52,086 nt of DNA from Chrysochloris asiatica. Taxonomy: Eukaryota. This document shows positions 39,640-50,898 of the stretch, piece by piece. The stretch is from positions 25,891-77,976 of the forward strand of contig NW_006409184.1 in NCBI RefSeq assembly GCF_000296735.1, written 5' to 3'. The translations under genes were made by a program, and so were the position numbers. The notes under the pieces are model-generated. The model did no database searches. It saw nothing but the letters and a program-made list of their open reading frames with translations, and was not told the origin of the DNA. Positions within the stretch are counted from its first letter, which is position 1; each line of letters opens with the position of its first letter.

Positions 39640-40300
39640 CAGTCCCTACTGTCTCAGATTCTGCTGCGAGGTGGGGAGGGAGGGAGGGGTTGGGAGACAC
39701 AACAATGCCCCTCCCCGTTTCACCCAGAGGTTCCCTCCTTCGTTCTTCCCTCCTAAGCCAAGGCAGCCTCCGACTTGCCGCCCCGGACCTGGCAGACGGG
39801 TTGAGATCTTGGGATATTCAGCAGGAAGGGAGGTGGGGAGGACTGAGGGGCCCCTGCGGCCACTGTTTCTAGAGGGCTTGCAGGCTGAAGAGGGGAGAGG
39901 GGAGAGGGAGGCGGAGATGGGGAGGAAGGTTGGAAAGAGAGGGACTCCAGGCGGCGCCGCTACCCGTTGGTATAAATGCCTTGGTGTCTGCGCGGAGATT
40001 CCGCAGCCCCGTTGCCAGGAGATGTATTAGGGTTCTAGAACCAAAGCTGGGGGTCATTTTCCCAGCATGCCCCGTTCCCTCCTCCGACCTCTCGTCCACC
40101 ACTCTCCAGGTCCTTCTTTGAGACTGGCGACCTCAGAACTAGAGGCTTGATAAGATGGAAAGATCAGAGTGGAGCCTTGGATCTAATCCTCCTACCACTA
40201 GGGGCGCGCGAGAAGCGACCCCGCCCTAGGACGCTCTCCAAACTCTCTAGCCGTCATTTCGTAGTCAAGAGTCTGCGAGACCAAAAGAGGTCAGAGTTAG
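39640..40300. promoter_or_regulatory. GC-rich CpG-containing block with TATA-like motif (ggTATAAATgcc at about 39968) about 1 kb upstream of the CDIPT ATG; candidate alternative promoter or lncRNA promoter
   Basis: gcggcgccgctacccgttggtataaatgccttggtgtctgcgcggagattccgcagccccgttgccagg; ggggcgcgcgagaagcgaccccgccctaggacgc. Confidence 0.3.
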
Positions 40301-40689
40301 GGGGCCGTGAAGAAACAAATGTGGAGTGTACCAAATAACCTTGTATCTTGGGGAAGCAAATACTTAAGATAGCAGAATCTTTTCCATTCTTCTGTGTGAT
40401 CTGGAAGATACGTACCTCGTATTAAAGGAAACGACATCTTTATCCAGGCCTCCTTGTCTTTTGACTTCGTCTTTTCAGTTACTTCCGTTAATCGGCGTCG
40501 AAGTTTCTTTGCTCCCCCTCCTCTTTCTGTGCTTTGGTACAAGACTATGGATAGGGGTGGAGAGAAGAAAAGGAAAAGGAAGCGTACAGATCTTAAAGGG
40601 GCCGCAGCCATTTTTTAAACCTCTTTTCTCCAGTTTTGCAACAGAAGGGTAGGTTCCCGGAAACTGAGTACAGCAGGAGCAGATAGAGG

Positions 40690-41070
40690 GTGCCTGCTGG
40701 GCGGACGGTGGCAAGAACTGCCCATTGGAAGAGCGGGGTGTGCGCGCCCCCTGCGCTCCGCACCCTCGGGGCCGGCCCTTGCTCTGACCGGCTGCGAGGT
40801 TTCACATTTAGGGACAGGCTGGGGCAGCGGGGTACTGTACGCAGTTGGTGCGGCCGATGCGCCGAGCCGGAGGGTGAGGTCGCGCGGCGGGACTGGAACA
40901 GCTCTGGCACCTGCGGAACCGGCCTGGGACGGCGAGAGAGCCGCCGCGATGCCAGGCGAAAATATCTTCCTATTCGTGCCTAACCTCATAGGTGAGTGCT
41001 GCCCGCGCCCTTTGGATGAACGGGAGGGCGACCTACCTTGGTCGGGTCCCTGAACCCTTTGTGTCGGTCT
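40690..41070 (+). promoter_or_regulatory. CDIPT: CpG-island promoter of CDIPT
   Basis: CpG-dense block (gtgcgcgccccctgcgctccgcaccctcggggccggccc, gcggccgatgcgccgagccggagggtgaggtcgcgcggcggg, gccgccgcgATGcc) spanning CDIPT exon 1. Confidence 0.75.
40949..40991 (+). CDS. CDIPT: CDIPT exon 1 (MPGENIFLFVPNLI|G)
   Basis: ATG in a CpG island; donor CATAG|gtgagt; N-terminus matches CDP-diacylglycerol-inositol 3-phosphatidyltransferase. Confidence 0.9.
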
Positions 41071-41089
41071 CCCCCTTCCCCATCCCAAG

Positions 41090-41224
41090 GTTATGCCCGG
41101 ATCGTCTTCGCCATCATTTCTTTCTACTTCATGCCCTGCTGTCCTCTCACGGCCTCGTCCTTCTACCTGCTCAGCGGGCTTCTGGACGCTTTCGATGGAC
41201 ACGCTGCTCGAGCCCTTAATCAAG
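41090..41224 (+). CDS. CDIPT: CDIPT exon 2 (GYARIVFAIISFYFMPCCPLTASSFYLLSGLLDAFDGHAARALNQ): CDP-alcohol phosphatidyltransferase motif region
   Basis: Acceptor catcccaag|GTTATGCCCGG, donor AATCAAG|gtgacg; contains the D-G-x2-A-R motif (DAFDGHAAR). Confidence 0.9.
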
Positions 41225-41843
41225 GTGACGCGCTCCTCCCATCCAACCATGGGATCTAACAACTCTTTGCCCCCTGCCTCTTTAGGACCTCAGGGTGGGC
41301 CGGAACACGGGAGTCTTTAGGGCCCTGTCATTCCCATCTCTATAGAAAGCAGAACAGAATGGCCTGCTTTATACTGATTGTGATGTCGGATAGCAAAATT
41401 GGACGGCAGTGGCAATGCTGAATAAGAATCTAACAAATGTTTTCTGAGGGCCTATTGGGTGTCAGATACAAGCAATAGGGATTCTGGAAGACTTCTGGAG
41501 GGTTGGCTTATGTTTAAAATCTGTTCTCCAGAACTACCTCTAAGACTTCCGCTGAGACCTCAAGTGTCTGTCCTTATGTGGAGCCTGGGCTTTTGGATTG
41601 ATGAGTTGCTTTCCCACCCGATCCTACACTGTTTTGCACACATGTCCCAGCCTCTTCTTGTTTCCGATCATGGTGACTTTTGCCCGTTGACTTCTTACCC
41701 CACCTGTCAGCCTGCTGTTCTCCTAGTGGACATTTTCAATCTTCTTGACTCTGTATCAGAATGATACATTACATATGGCACCTGCCATGGGTCCACTGCC
41801 CCTCACAGCTCTTCTCCACCTAATAATAGTCCTGATTTTTCAG

Positions 41844-41997
41844 GGACCCGATTTGGGGCCATGCTGGACATGCTAACAGATCGCTGCTCCACCATGTGTC
41901 TGCTGGTCAACCTGGCTCTGCTGTACCCTCGAGCAACCCTTCTCTTTCAGCTCAGCATGAGTTTGGACGTGGCCAGCCACTGGCTGCACCTCCACAG
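41844..41997 (+). CDS. CDIPT: CDIPT exon 3 (GTRFGAMLDMLTDRCSTMCLLVNLALLYPRATLLFQLSMSLDVASHWLHLH)
   Basis: Acceptor gatttttcag|GGACCCGATTTGG, donor CACAG|gtctgc; continues the CDP-OH-P-transferase motif G-x3-D-x3-D (GAMLDMLTD). Confidence 0.9.
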
Positions 41998-42204
41998 GTC
42001 TGCTGCTATTCTGGGATGCCTGGGGTTATTGACAGCCTGAAGAAGACACTGTAGTGGGAAGGGTGAGACTGTCTGGGAGGGCTGCAAGCTTCTTGGGGTG
42101 TCTCCATTTTTAGTCTCTATTGAAGGACCCAGGCCAAATCCTATCCCTGTCTGAATCAGTTTCAGTCTGTTTGCAGTTGAATTAACTAATAACTCCTTAT
42201 GTGG

Positions 42205-42356
42205 CTCTGGGGGTTCATGAGCCAGACTGCAAAGCTGTTTGAACTGCAAGGTCGGCGGTTCAAGCTCACTAGCTGCTCCTCGGAAACCCTATACAGGGTC
42301 GCTATGGGTCGGAACCGACTCGATTGTACTTAACAACAACAACAACAACAACAAAA
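42205..42356 (+). mobile_element. AfroSINE copy with (CAA)n tail in CDIPT intron 3
   Basis: ...gaactgcaaggtcggcggttcaagctcactagctgctcctcggaaaccctatacagggtcgctatgggtcggaaccgactcgattgtacttaacaacaacaacaacaacaacaaaaac. Confidence 0.8.
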
Positions 42357-42622
42357 ACTCTTCTGGCTGGATATCCCAGAATTCCAAATGGGTGAAAGCT
42401 TAGTGAAGGGGTATAGGGACTTGTTGAACATGGCATTAGAATCCTGATTCTGCCTCTAACTAGATAATCATCATGTCATTTTGGGCAAGATACTGGTCTC
42501 CATCTTTTGTACAATCGGGCCTTCCTAGTCCATGTACTACACAGTACACAGGGTCAGTGTTGGGGTTAGGTGGAGGTTGGTGATTATGATTGCTCATGAA
42601 TTCTCCTGACTTTCTCCCTAAG

Positions 42623-42704
42623 TTCTGTGGCCCGAGGCAGTGAGAGTCACAAAATGATTGACTTGTCTGGAAATCCTGTGCTTCGGATATACTATACGTC
42701 CAGG
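42623..42704 (+). CDS. CDIPT: CDIPT exon 4 (SSVARGSESHKMIDLSGNPVLRIYYTSR)
   Basis: Acceptor tttctccctaag|TTCTGTGG, donor TCCAGG|gtgagc. Confidence 0.9.
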
Positions 42705-43039
42705 GTGAGCATTTTCCACCTCTTTTATTCACTCAACTTATGCCAAGTACTGAGCCCTCCCTGGTCCCAGCCTCGGTCCCAGGAGAGGCCTTGAGCACGG
42801 AGACATCTAGCCTCTCGGACAAGGAGGGACCTGTGAGCCGATGCGTGAAGAAGGAGTATGCTTGGTAGGGAGGGACTGTGATTTATCCCAGGCCACAAGT
42901 GGACATGAGGCCCTTGTGGGATCTCCTTCCCTCCCACGTGCTCCTCCCTGCTAACGACCTATGTGGGGGTTGGGGTGCAGGAAGGTCAGGTGAAATGCCC
43001 TCCCCTCTTGCTTAAGTAGCTTTTTTGCTGTTTGTGCAG

Positions 43040-43121
43040 CCTGCTCTGTTCGTCCTATGTGCTGGAAATGAGCTCTTCTACTGTCTCCTCTACCTGTTCA
43101 ACTTCTCCGAGGGACCACTAG
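43040..43121 (+). CDS. CDIPT: CDIPT exon 5 (PALFVLCAGNELFYCLLYLFNFSEGPL)
   Basis: Acceptor gtttgtgcag|CCTGCTCTG, donor CCACTAG|gtagga. Confidence 0.9.
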
Positions 43122-43227
43122 GTAGGAGCTTGAGGGGCGGGGCCAGAGGGTGGGAGTGGGGTTCTGGCCTCAGACTCTTAGGCCTGCATTTAATTTTCTT
43201 TGTCTCTTCATTTTTACTCTCCCACAG

Positions 43228-43373
43228 TTGGCTCCGTGGGTCTTTTCCGAATGGGTCTCTGGATCACTGCCCCCATTGCCTTGCTCAAGTCCCTCATCAG
43301 CGTCATCCACCTGATTACAGCCGCCCGCAATATGGCTGCCCTGGACGCGGCAGACCGTGCCAAGAAGAAGTGA
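43228..43373 (+). CDS. CDIPT: CDIPT exon 6 (VGSVGLFRMGLWITAPIALLKSLISVIHLITAARNMAALDAADRAKKK*)
   Basis: Acceptor ctctcccacag|TTGGCTCCG; TGA at 43371-43373; the six exons total 213 aa. Confidence 0.9.
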
Positions 43374-43917
43374 CCCTGGGCTCTTCAGTCCCCCAGTGCC
43401 CACATGACCTGGGGGTCTCACTGTAGCACACAGCTCCCTTTCCCCTCTCAGGAGGTCCTAGTCTCACATCTTCCTAATGTGTTGTCCAACCTGCTGGAGT
43501 GGAAGCCAGCCTCTCTTTGGTGATGCCATGTTCTCCAAACTCCTGAGGACTTGCCCCACCCCTGCGAGACCTAAGGGCCTGGGCTTCAATATTGAGGAAG
43601 GATACTCAGGAGGCTCCATCACCTATATAGGTAGGTGATGGTGCTCCTGGGGCCCCAGAAGGCCTTTGTCTGAGGACTGGGTGTTGTCATACCCTGCTGA
43701 CTCAGCCCTGGGCTCTGGCTTGGCTGGACATTTTCCATGGACACTTGAGTGAGGGAGATATGTAGGGACTCAGTTCCCCAAAAGGCAGGGGAGTCAGGCC
43801 TCCCTACCCCTGACCAGAGGCAGCTTGGGGGTACCATGTCCAGAGAGAAGGGGCCTTTTAGATCCTTACCTGTTATAAATTCCTCTGTCCTATCAACCCT
43901 GGCCTGGAAGCCTTGAT

Positions 43918-43923
43918 AATAAA
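43918..43923 (+). terminator. CDIPT: AATAAA polyadenylation signal, end of the CDIPT 3'UTR
   Basis: ccttgatAATAAAggcaggaacttc, about 545 nt after the stop. Confidence 0.6.
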
Positions 43924-44172
43924 GGCAGGAACTTCACTGTCTGCACTTGGTTTCCTTTGACATCTTCTTGGACTAGGGTCTGGGTTGGGGAAAGCCTTGG
44001 GGTAGAAAGGAAGAAGGAGCTGGGTCCCCAGTTTACTGGCTGCTCCATTTTGTCATTTCACAGAGGCCCTCTCTGCCACCCAGCCCCTTGCCATGATCTC
44101 TACCTACATCCTTTATTTTCTTTATAACATTGTCTGCATTTATTTGTACACTTGATATTTTTCTATCCTCAC

Positions 44173-44331
44173 TGGAGTCTTGGTGTGCTTTATAAGATAA
44201 TCACTGGACCACAAGGTCGGTTTGAATCACAAGATTGGCAGTTCAAACTCACTAGCCACTCCTTGGAAACCCTATATAGTATAGGATTGTTTTGAGTTAG
44301 AACCAACTCAACGGCACTTAACAACAACAAT
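44173..44331 (+). mobile_element. AfroSINE copy
   Basis: ggagtcttggtgtgctttataagataatcactggaccacaaggtcgg...cagttcaaactcactagccactccttggaaaccctatatag...gagttagaaccaactcaacggcacttaacaacaacaatc. Confidence 0.75.
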
Positions 44332-44514
44332 CACTAGAATGTAAGTTCCGTGACCCTTCTTTAACGCAGAATAAAGACTAACAACTTGGCATGTAGTAGC
44401 TGCTTAGTAAATATTTTTGAACAGATTGGTTGGTTTCTCAAAGTGTACTCCAGGAAGGGATGGGCCCAGGAGTCCAATTTTAAACAACTTTTGAGCATCT
44501 ACTCTATTTTAGAA

Positions 44515-44697
44515 GGAGCTCTAGCATACTGGATTACATGTTGAACTGCTAACCATAAGGTCATGTGTTTGAATCTATCAGCTGCTCCATGGGAGAAAGA
44601 TGAGACTTTCTGTTCCTCTAAAGATTTACAGCCTCAGTGCCCTATACAGACAGGGTTATTATGAGTCTGAACTGACTTCACGGCATACCACCAGCAC
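44515..44697 (+). mobile_element. AfroSINE copy
   Basis: ggagctctagcatactggattacatgttgaactgctaaccataaggtcatgtgtttgaatctatcagctgctccatgggagaaagatgagactttctgttcctctaaagatttacagcctcagtgccctatacagacagggttattatgagtctgaactgacttcacggcataccacc. Confidence 0.8.
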
Positions 44698-44797
44698 CGT
44701 TTCCTAGCCATTGTTCTGGGCATCAGTCCCTAATAGCTATCCCTATTACTTGAGTTTTCACTGCTGCCTGGCACCAGCTTTCCTTTTAAAAGTCTAT

Positions 44798-44917
44798 GCT
44801 GCTCCGCGGGAGAATGATGAGGCTACTCCCGTAAGGATTTACACCTTTGGAAACCCTGTACAGGGTCGCTATGGGTCGGAACTGACTCGACGGCACACAA
44901 CAACAACAACAACAACA
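44798..44917 (+). mobile_element. AfroSINE copy (5'-truncated) with (CAA)n tail
   Basis: gctgctccgcgggagaatgatgaggctactcccgtaaggatttacacctttggaaaccctgtacagggtcgctatgggtcggaactgactcgacggcacacaacaacaacaacaacaac. Confidence 0.8.
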
Positions 44918-45261
44918 TTGGGCCCACCATCTGCCAGACCCCATGCTGGGGTTTCTTTGCAGATGTTACTCATTTAATCCTTATAGCTCAGCCCAGTAGG
45001 CCAAGTGACAATCTGTGTCCCCAAGAGCTGAAACTTCAACTGATGACCATGGAGCCTCAATGCTTGTACTAGGCATGGGGGCTTGGTGGGAAACTCTGCA
45101 TCCAGCTTCCTTGCTCTCTGGGTGGGGCAGAGGGGGTCGTGGTGGTGGTGGTCATAGTCTCAGGAACAACAACCATTTGTTTCGGAAGCAGAAACCACTG
45201 ATTTTTAGTGAAGGGGGTGGGTATGCTATGGTGCATAGGGATTGAGCAGGGAAGAGCTTGA

Positions 45262-45437
45262 TGTTGTTTGTGAAGGGAGTCAGTTCGGACTCATAGCGAC
45301 CCTGTACAGGGTTTCCGAGGCCTTAAATCTTTACAGGAGCAGAAAGCCTCATCTTTCTCCCGTGGAACAGCTGGTAGTTTCGAACTGGTGACCTTAAGGT
45401 TTGCTGCCCGATTCATAACCACTATGCTACCAGAGCT
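45262..45437 (-). mobile_element. AfroSINE copy (reverse orientation)
   Basis: Forward ...gggagtcagttcggactcatagcgaccctgtacagggtttccgaggccttaaatctttacaggagcagaaagcctcatctttctcccgtggaacagctggtagtttcgaactggtgaccttaaggtttgctgcccgattcataaccactatgctaccagagct. Confidence 0.85.
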
Positions 45438-46085
45438 AGCAGAGGAGAATTTCCGGCTGAGGGAACAGCAGGCAATGGCAGGGAGGCCAGAGAGCACCCT
45501 GGGAAGCAGCGGCAATGGAAGTAGATAGATTCAGCCAGAACCGTGAGTGCTGTGGGTGAAGCAGGACCCTGATGAGAGATGAGGCAAAGAAGTCAGCAGG
45601 GACGGCCTGAGGAGCCTGGTAGCTCATTTAGACTTGATCCTGAGGGCCACATGGAGCTCCTAAAGGGATTTTTCTTATAAACAGGTAAACTATTCACATA
45701 AAACCGCAATCACTACAGAAGGATGATGAATAAGTCCCTTCCCACCTCAGGCTCAGTTTTCCCCAGAGACAATCAGTGCTACTAATTTCTTGTGTATCTG
45801 TCTGAATAAATTCCTTGTCTACACATACAGATTTCCATATTTAAAAATTCATTTTATATTTTTGCATCTCTGCTGCTCACAAGAGATTGCTGTTCGGAGT
45901 GCTTTTTTGTGTTACTTCATTGCAGAGCTATATTCTCTCCACCACAATATGAGAAGGCCATGATTGTGCTTATTCCACAGACAGGAAATTGAGGGCCCTG
46001 AAAGGATCCCAGCCTGGCTGGACTCCAGAGCCCGCACACAAGATCTTAATACTGAAGGTACTCAGCAGTCTTCCTAATGGCTGCG

Positions 46086-46240
46086 TGTTGTTGTTGGTCA
46101 GTGTTGTCCAGTCAGTTCCAACTCGTAGCGACCCTGTGTATGGTTTCTAAGGAGTGGCTGGTGAATTTGAACCACCAACCTTGCAGTTCAAACTCACCTT
46201 GCGGTCCAGCGCATTATCCCACAGCACCACACCAGGCCTC
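46086..46240 (-). mobile_element. AfroSINE copy (reverse orientation, variant)
   Basis: Forward tgttgttgttggtcagtgttgtccagtcagttccaactcgtagcgaccctgtgtatggtttctaaggagtggctggtgaatttgaaccaccaaccttgcagttcaaactcaccttgcggtccagcgcattatcccacagcaccacacc. Confidence 0.75.
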
Positions 46241-46834
46241 CAAGGTGGTCTGTTATTTATTTAACCTCCTGCTGCCATGCGTAATGCTGCAGCAAATCCT
46301 CTTGGATGTCTTTGGGGACAGTTGTACAGTGAATGTTGAAGGCTTTAAGCAGAGCAGTGGCTGGGACAGATTTGTGCTGAAGAAAGATGATATGCAAAGC
46401 TGAGCTGCCCCTCCAGCTTCCCTTGTGCCTCTATCTGGCCTTCTGCTCCCAGAGTGGGAGACTTAATGATGGGCAGCTTTTTCCCCAGAAGTGTGTTAAT
46501 AAAGGTGCCTTCCCAACTCCTGCTCTAGAGCTTTTTTACAACGGTACCTTTGTTCATTGTGAGTCAGCTCTCCTTTCCAGCCAGCTGGGCCCTCTGAGCA
46601 CTTAACCAGGCCTAAGAGCAGGGAGCCCTCTGCCTGGCAGGGTGGGCAGGGGATCCCATAGCCCCAACTGGTTCCTTAGTACTCTCCACTTACAGTGATA
46701 TCAGACAGTCTAACTTTTGCAGCTACAGAAAGGAGGAAGTGCTGGGGAGGAGCGTATGCGTGCCTTTCACTCTAGTGGCATATACCCTGTGTCTCCTGAG
46801 GCATCCAGGAGTGCAGGAAGGGCTTTTGAATGCT

Positions 46835-46980
46835 GCTGTGGTACTATGGGTAAATGAGCTGCACTGCAAGGTTGGTTTGAACCACAAGGTCAGCAGTTCT
46901 AGCTCACCAGCGGCTCCTTGGAAACCTTACACAGGGTAACCGACTCAGAACCGAATTAAGGGCACTTAACAACAACAACC
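46835..46980 (+). mobile_element. AfroSINE copy
   Basis: ...gtggtactatgggtaaatgagctgcactgcaaggttggtttgaaccacaaggtcagcagttctagctcaccagcggctccttggaaaccttacacagggtaaccgactcagaaccgaattaagggcacttaacaacaacaacc. Confidence 0.75.
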
Positions 46981-48556
46981 CATGAGTGAGTTCTGGAGGC
47001 TAGTTTGGTATCATGCCTATCGTCTGGTCTGAGTTCAAGAGGAACCAGCAGAGCATAAACCCTGTGTTTACAGAACCTGGGACCTCCTGGCAGCTTGGAG
47101 AAGGGAGTAGGAGAAATATGGGTTGCATTGGGGCCTGAAGGCATTGTATTTGGTCTTGGAAATACAGTGAAGTTACATTATATGTGTAGCATGGAACCAC
47201 CATACAGAAATTCTGTTTGCTCCTTTCCCTCAATAGCCTTGGACAGAACTGAGATGGGTACGAGGACTGCTATTCTCTCGGGTGGCCTTAGTGTGATTAA
47301 AGGTAACACCAGCTGTTGCAATGAACCCCCAAATGTACAGAGGCTGTACCTCATTAGAAGTTTTCTAACTTGCAGAAAGGACTTTCAGGTGCTCCTGACT
47401 GGGAGGCATCTCCTCCAAGTGGTGACTCAGGGATTCAGGCTCTTCCCATCTTAGGGTGCCCCCCCATTGTCAGCACATAACTTCCAAGCTCACTCTGCCT
47501 GTGTGTATCATGCCATGAGTTGGCATGGAGAACTGCATGAAGCCAAATTTTCTGGGAAGGATTGGAATTGGCACCTGTTGCTTCAGCTCGGTCTCATAGC
47601 CACATCTAAGTGCCAGGAGGTTGAAAAATAGAGATTCGTGTGTGCACCTAAGAAGAAGAGGAAACAGGTTTGATGAATAGCATCTGACCATGTTGAATGT
47701 GATTTTGCTATTTAAAGACATAGATTTTTTTCCTTATAAAATGGGTTCTTAAACAAATCAATTGTTTTATTATCTGGTATGCAACCAAAGAAAAGTCCAA
47801 TGCAGGAGAAAAATAGACAGGCTGTGCTGAATTTAATCAGAGATCATACTGTACTGTATTTTATGGGCTTTGAAGAGACTTTCAAGGGTGATTGGGTAAT
47901 GAGTGTTTCTCCTCATAGGGACTAATCTGGAAGCTGGCTCTGAGCTCCACTGTTTCCAGTAATGCCCATTTATTTGCCTATCACTGGAGTATATCTCTTC
48001 TCTCCCGCTCTACAGTCCGTGTTGGGCCCATCTTCATGCCTACAATTTAAAGAGCAGCTTCCCATATTGCCTTACTGGGGTCTCACTATCCTGTGAGGTT
48101 GAGGCAACAGTCAGCTAGGCTAAGTGATGCCTTAGAGAGCAGCCCTGGAGTTCTTGAAGGAGCGAATCCAGCAGGGGAGGTGGGAGGTGGGACTTGTCTT
48201 CTATGGGAACAGAGGACAGGGAGCCTAGCTGCTAATGTTTAGATTTCTACTGGAGGTGGTAGGCCTTCCTCCCCAATTTGCTTCTATTTTCTCAATGAGG
48301 TGAGAGAAAGTGGGCAGAGGTGTAGGTTGAGATGAGAGGAGGTGTGAGCAGTTGTTTTGAAGGAAGAATCTCACACAAGATCCAGAAGTGGAGTCAACGC
48401 CCATTAGGCCTCCCTTGAAATTTGCTGCATGACTTTCAAATGAGAGCTGCCTGCCAGATGGGGTATTCCTCCTAGACCTAGAGTTAGTCAGACTCAGGCC
48501 GTAGCAAGGGGTGGTTGGTAGAAGAAGGAATGGGCTTTTCCCACGAAGTATGGGAA

Positions 48557-48708
48557 GGGAGTCCTGATATGGCACTGTGGGATAATGCACTGGACCGGAA
48601 GGACAGTTTGAACTGCAGGGTCAGCCGTTTAAATTCACCAGCCGCTCCTCGAAAACCCTATACAGGGTCGCTATGAGCCAGAACCAAATCAACGGCCCTT
48701 AACAAAAT
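48557..48708 (+). mobile_element. AfroSINE copy (first of a tandem pair)
   Basis: gggagtcctgatatggcactgtgggataatgcactggaccggaaggacagtttgaactgcagggtcagccgtttaaattcaccagccgctcctcgaaaaccctatacagggtcgctatgagccagaaccaaatcaacggcccttaacaaaatc. Confidence 0.8.
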
Positions 48709-48714
48709 CATGGT

Positions 48715-48860
48715 GAGAGAGCCCTAGTGTTGTACTGTAGGGTAAGCACTGGACTGCTATCCACAAAGTCAATGGGTCAAACCTACCAGCTGCTCTCGGA
48801 AACCCTATACAGCATCACTATGAGTTGGAACTGGCCCCACAGTACACACAACAACAACAT
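48715..48860 (+). mobile_element. AfroSINE copy (second of a tandem pair)
   Basis: gagagccctagtgttgtactgtagggtaagcactggactgctatccacaaagtcaatgggtcaaacctaccagctgctctcggaaaccctatacagcatcactatgagttggaactggccccacagtacacacaacaacaac. Confidence 0.8.
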
Positions 48861-49079
48861 GGCCAGTTAAGGGCAGTTTCACGTCAGTGATTACAGTGAT
48901 AGATCATCAAACCTGGGCAAAGATGGAATGAAGAGACAGACGTTTGGGGATGATGAGAAAGTGACTAGGGTCAACATTATTGACACTTTGAGGTAGAGAA
49001 ATGGCTACTTGGAAGGTGAGACTGGGGCCTCAAGAGTTGAGGTTTTAGAGAATGTCATGGATTGAATTATATGCACCTC

Positions 49080-49340
49080 CCAAATATGTATCAACTTGGC
49101 AGGGCCTTGTTCTCAGTGTTTCGCAGTTACGTAAGGATGTGAACATTCCTTATGATGTGATCTGATGTGATCAGTAAGGGGGCTAGGCTGAGCTGCAACA
49201 CCCGTACTCAGGTCATGGTTCTGATCTAATATAAGGGGAGTTCCCCTTTTATCTTACAAGAAGTAAAAAGAGAGAGAACCGAGCAGGGGAAGATTTACGT
49301 TGAGGCACCTGAAGATCTCCAAGGAATTCCTACAGATGAT
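49080..49340. repeat. Ancient interspersed repeat fragment (5' portion of the MER-type family also seen at 3860-4075 and 6235-6560)
   Basis: ...gtaaggatgtgaacattccttatgatgtgatc...cagtaagggggctagg...atctaatataaggggagttcccctttatcttacaagaagtaaaaagagagagaaccgagc; family recalled from memory, not resolved. Confidence 0.3.
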
Positions 49341-50781
49341 GAAAAGGGACAAGAAAGCCTTTCCCTAGAGTCATCCCTCTGAAACAATAGCTATGTGGTC
49401 TAAGAGCCCAGATCAGAAGCTCTTTGAGCTACTCTAGTTTCTACTTCCCCAGGACAGGATCCTACTCCAGGATCTGAGAAGGGACAAGATCGTAAACCCG
49501 ACAAATGCACGATGTGACCAGCAGGTGGCGCCAAAGGGACCCTCCCAAAGATTAAGGATGGGATGCTGGGATGAATGACCAGTAGCTAAAGGACTTCCAG
49601 CCAGGCTGATACCTGATATCCAGGCTAATTAGCAGCGAAAAGTGATGTTGATCCCAGAAGGGCTGGTCGAGCTGGCCAGGCAAGTCCTGTCCTCCTACCT
49701 GGGGTTATCTCCCCCACCTGGTGTCCAGGAAAGCTGACGACCTACCAGAAGGACAGGTGTAAGGCTTTGGAGACATATTTTCATCAGTGTGACCGGGTTA
49801 ATCTCGCTGCCTCAGAGAATGAGTGTGGTCCCTTGTAGCTTCAGGGGTACCCCTATAATTTAGTTCCCTTTTGCTTTGAGGAAACAAAAAGGTGTATTAT
49901 TTGTCAGGGCAATACAGAGCAAAAGCATGATATGGGCCGCTCCCAAGAGCTTGAGCGACGGGAGGGCACTGGAGAAGCAAGGTTTATTTGGGAGTGAGAG
50001 CACCTTCCTGGCTTGTAGCTGAGCTTCAGACCCTGCCCCCAAGGCTAGGCTATGCTGAAGAGATAGATGGGAGTGGAATTGTTGATGAGGGTTGACTTCA
50101 GGCCCAGGCTCTGGAGCAGTTTTCTTGGTAGGGAGAGAGAGAGGAGGGTGAGAAGGTGAGGGTCACTTCTCTCATTTCCATGACAACCTCTCTAGGATAG
50201 ACCACACCCACTCTACAGCTGTGTTTCACCCCATACCAAAAGATCCGTCGGTGGAGGGAAGCCTGGGTGAGTGACTACCTCTCCAATGCTCAGGCTTTCA
50301 CTCCTTTGTTTGCTCTGTTGCATGAGAGTCCTTTCCACTCCGTAAATGCACCAAGTCTGTCCTCTTTTGTCTTTTCACTTGGATCCTCAGGTGCCCCCTC
50401 TCAGAGGGACTTTACTTAAGCTGACTAATCTGAAGCGACAACCCTTCCCACCCCATTCCCCTGTCTTTTTAGCATCCTGCTTGACTTCCTTTGAAGCACC
50501 TGTCATAGACTGATGATGGCCCAGCTCACTGCTGGGTCCAGCACAGTGTCTGGCATGTAAAGGCAACTCAGTATTTGAGCATGATGCTGTGCCCAGTATG
50601 CAGGAATCACAGCACACGCTATAGGGGCAGTTCAACCACTGTCTGACTTCATCCCGCTGCCCCAACATTTCTAGGTGCTGTGTTTGCCTCCCTGGCTCTG
50701 CATTCTTGGTTCTAGAATGTTCCCAAGACAAATATCTATCCCTTTCCGCCTTCTCAGATTATCACCTGTGTCTCTAGCTCA

Positions 50782-50898
<117 letters not shown>

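Noticed and set aside
40615-41262. 215-aa minus-strand ORF overlapping CDIPT exons 1-2
   Set aside because: It is antisense to the CDIPT CpG-island promoter and first exons, with a P/R/G/A-rich low-complexity translation. It is an artefact of GC-rich sequence; the real gene is CDIPT on the + strand
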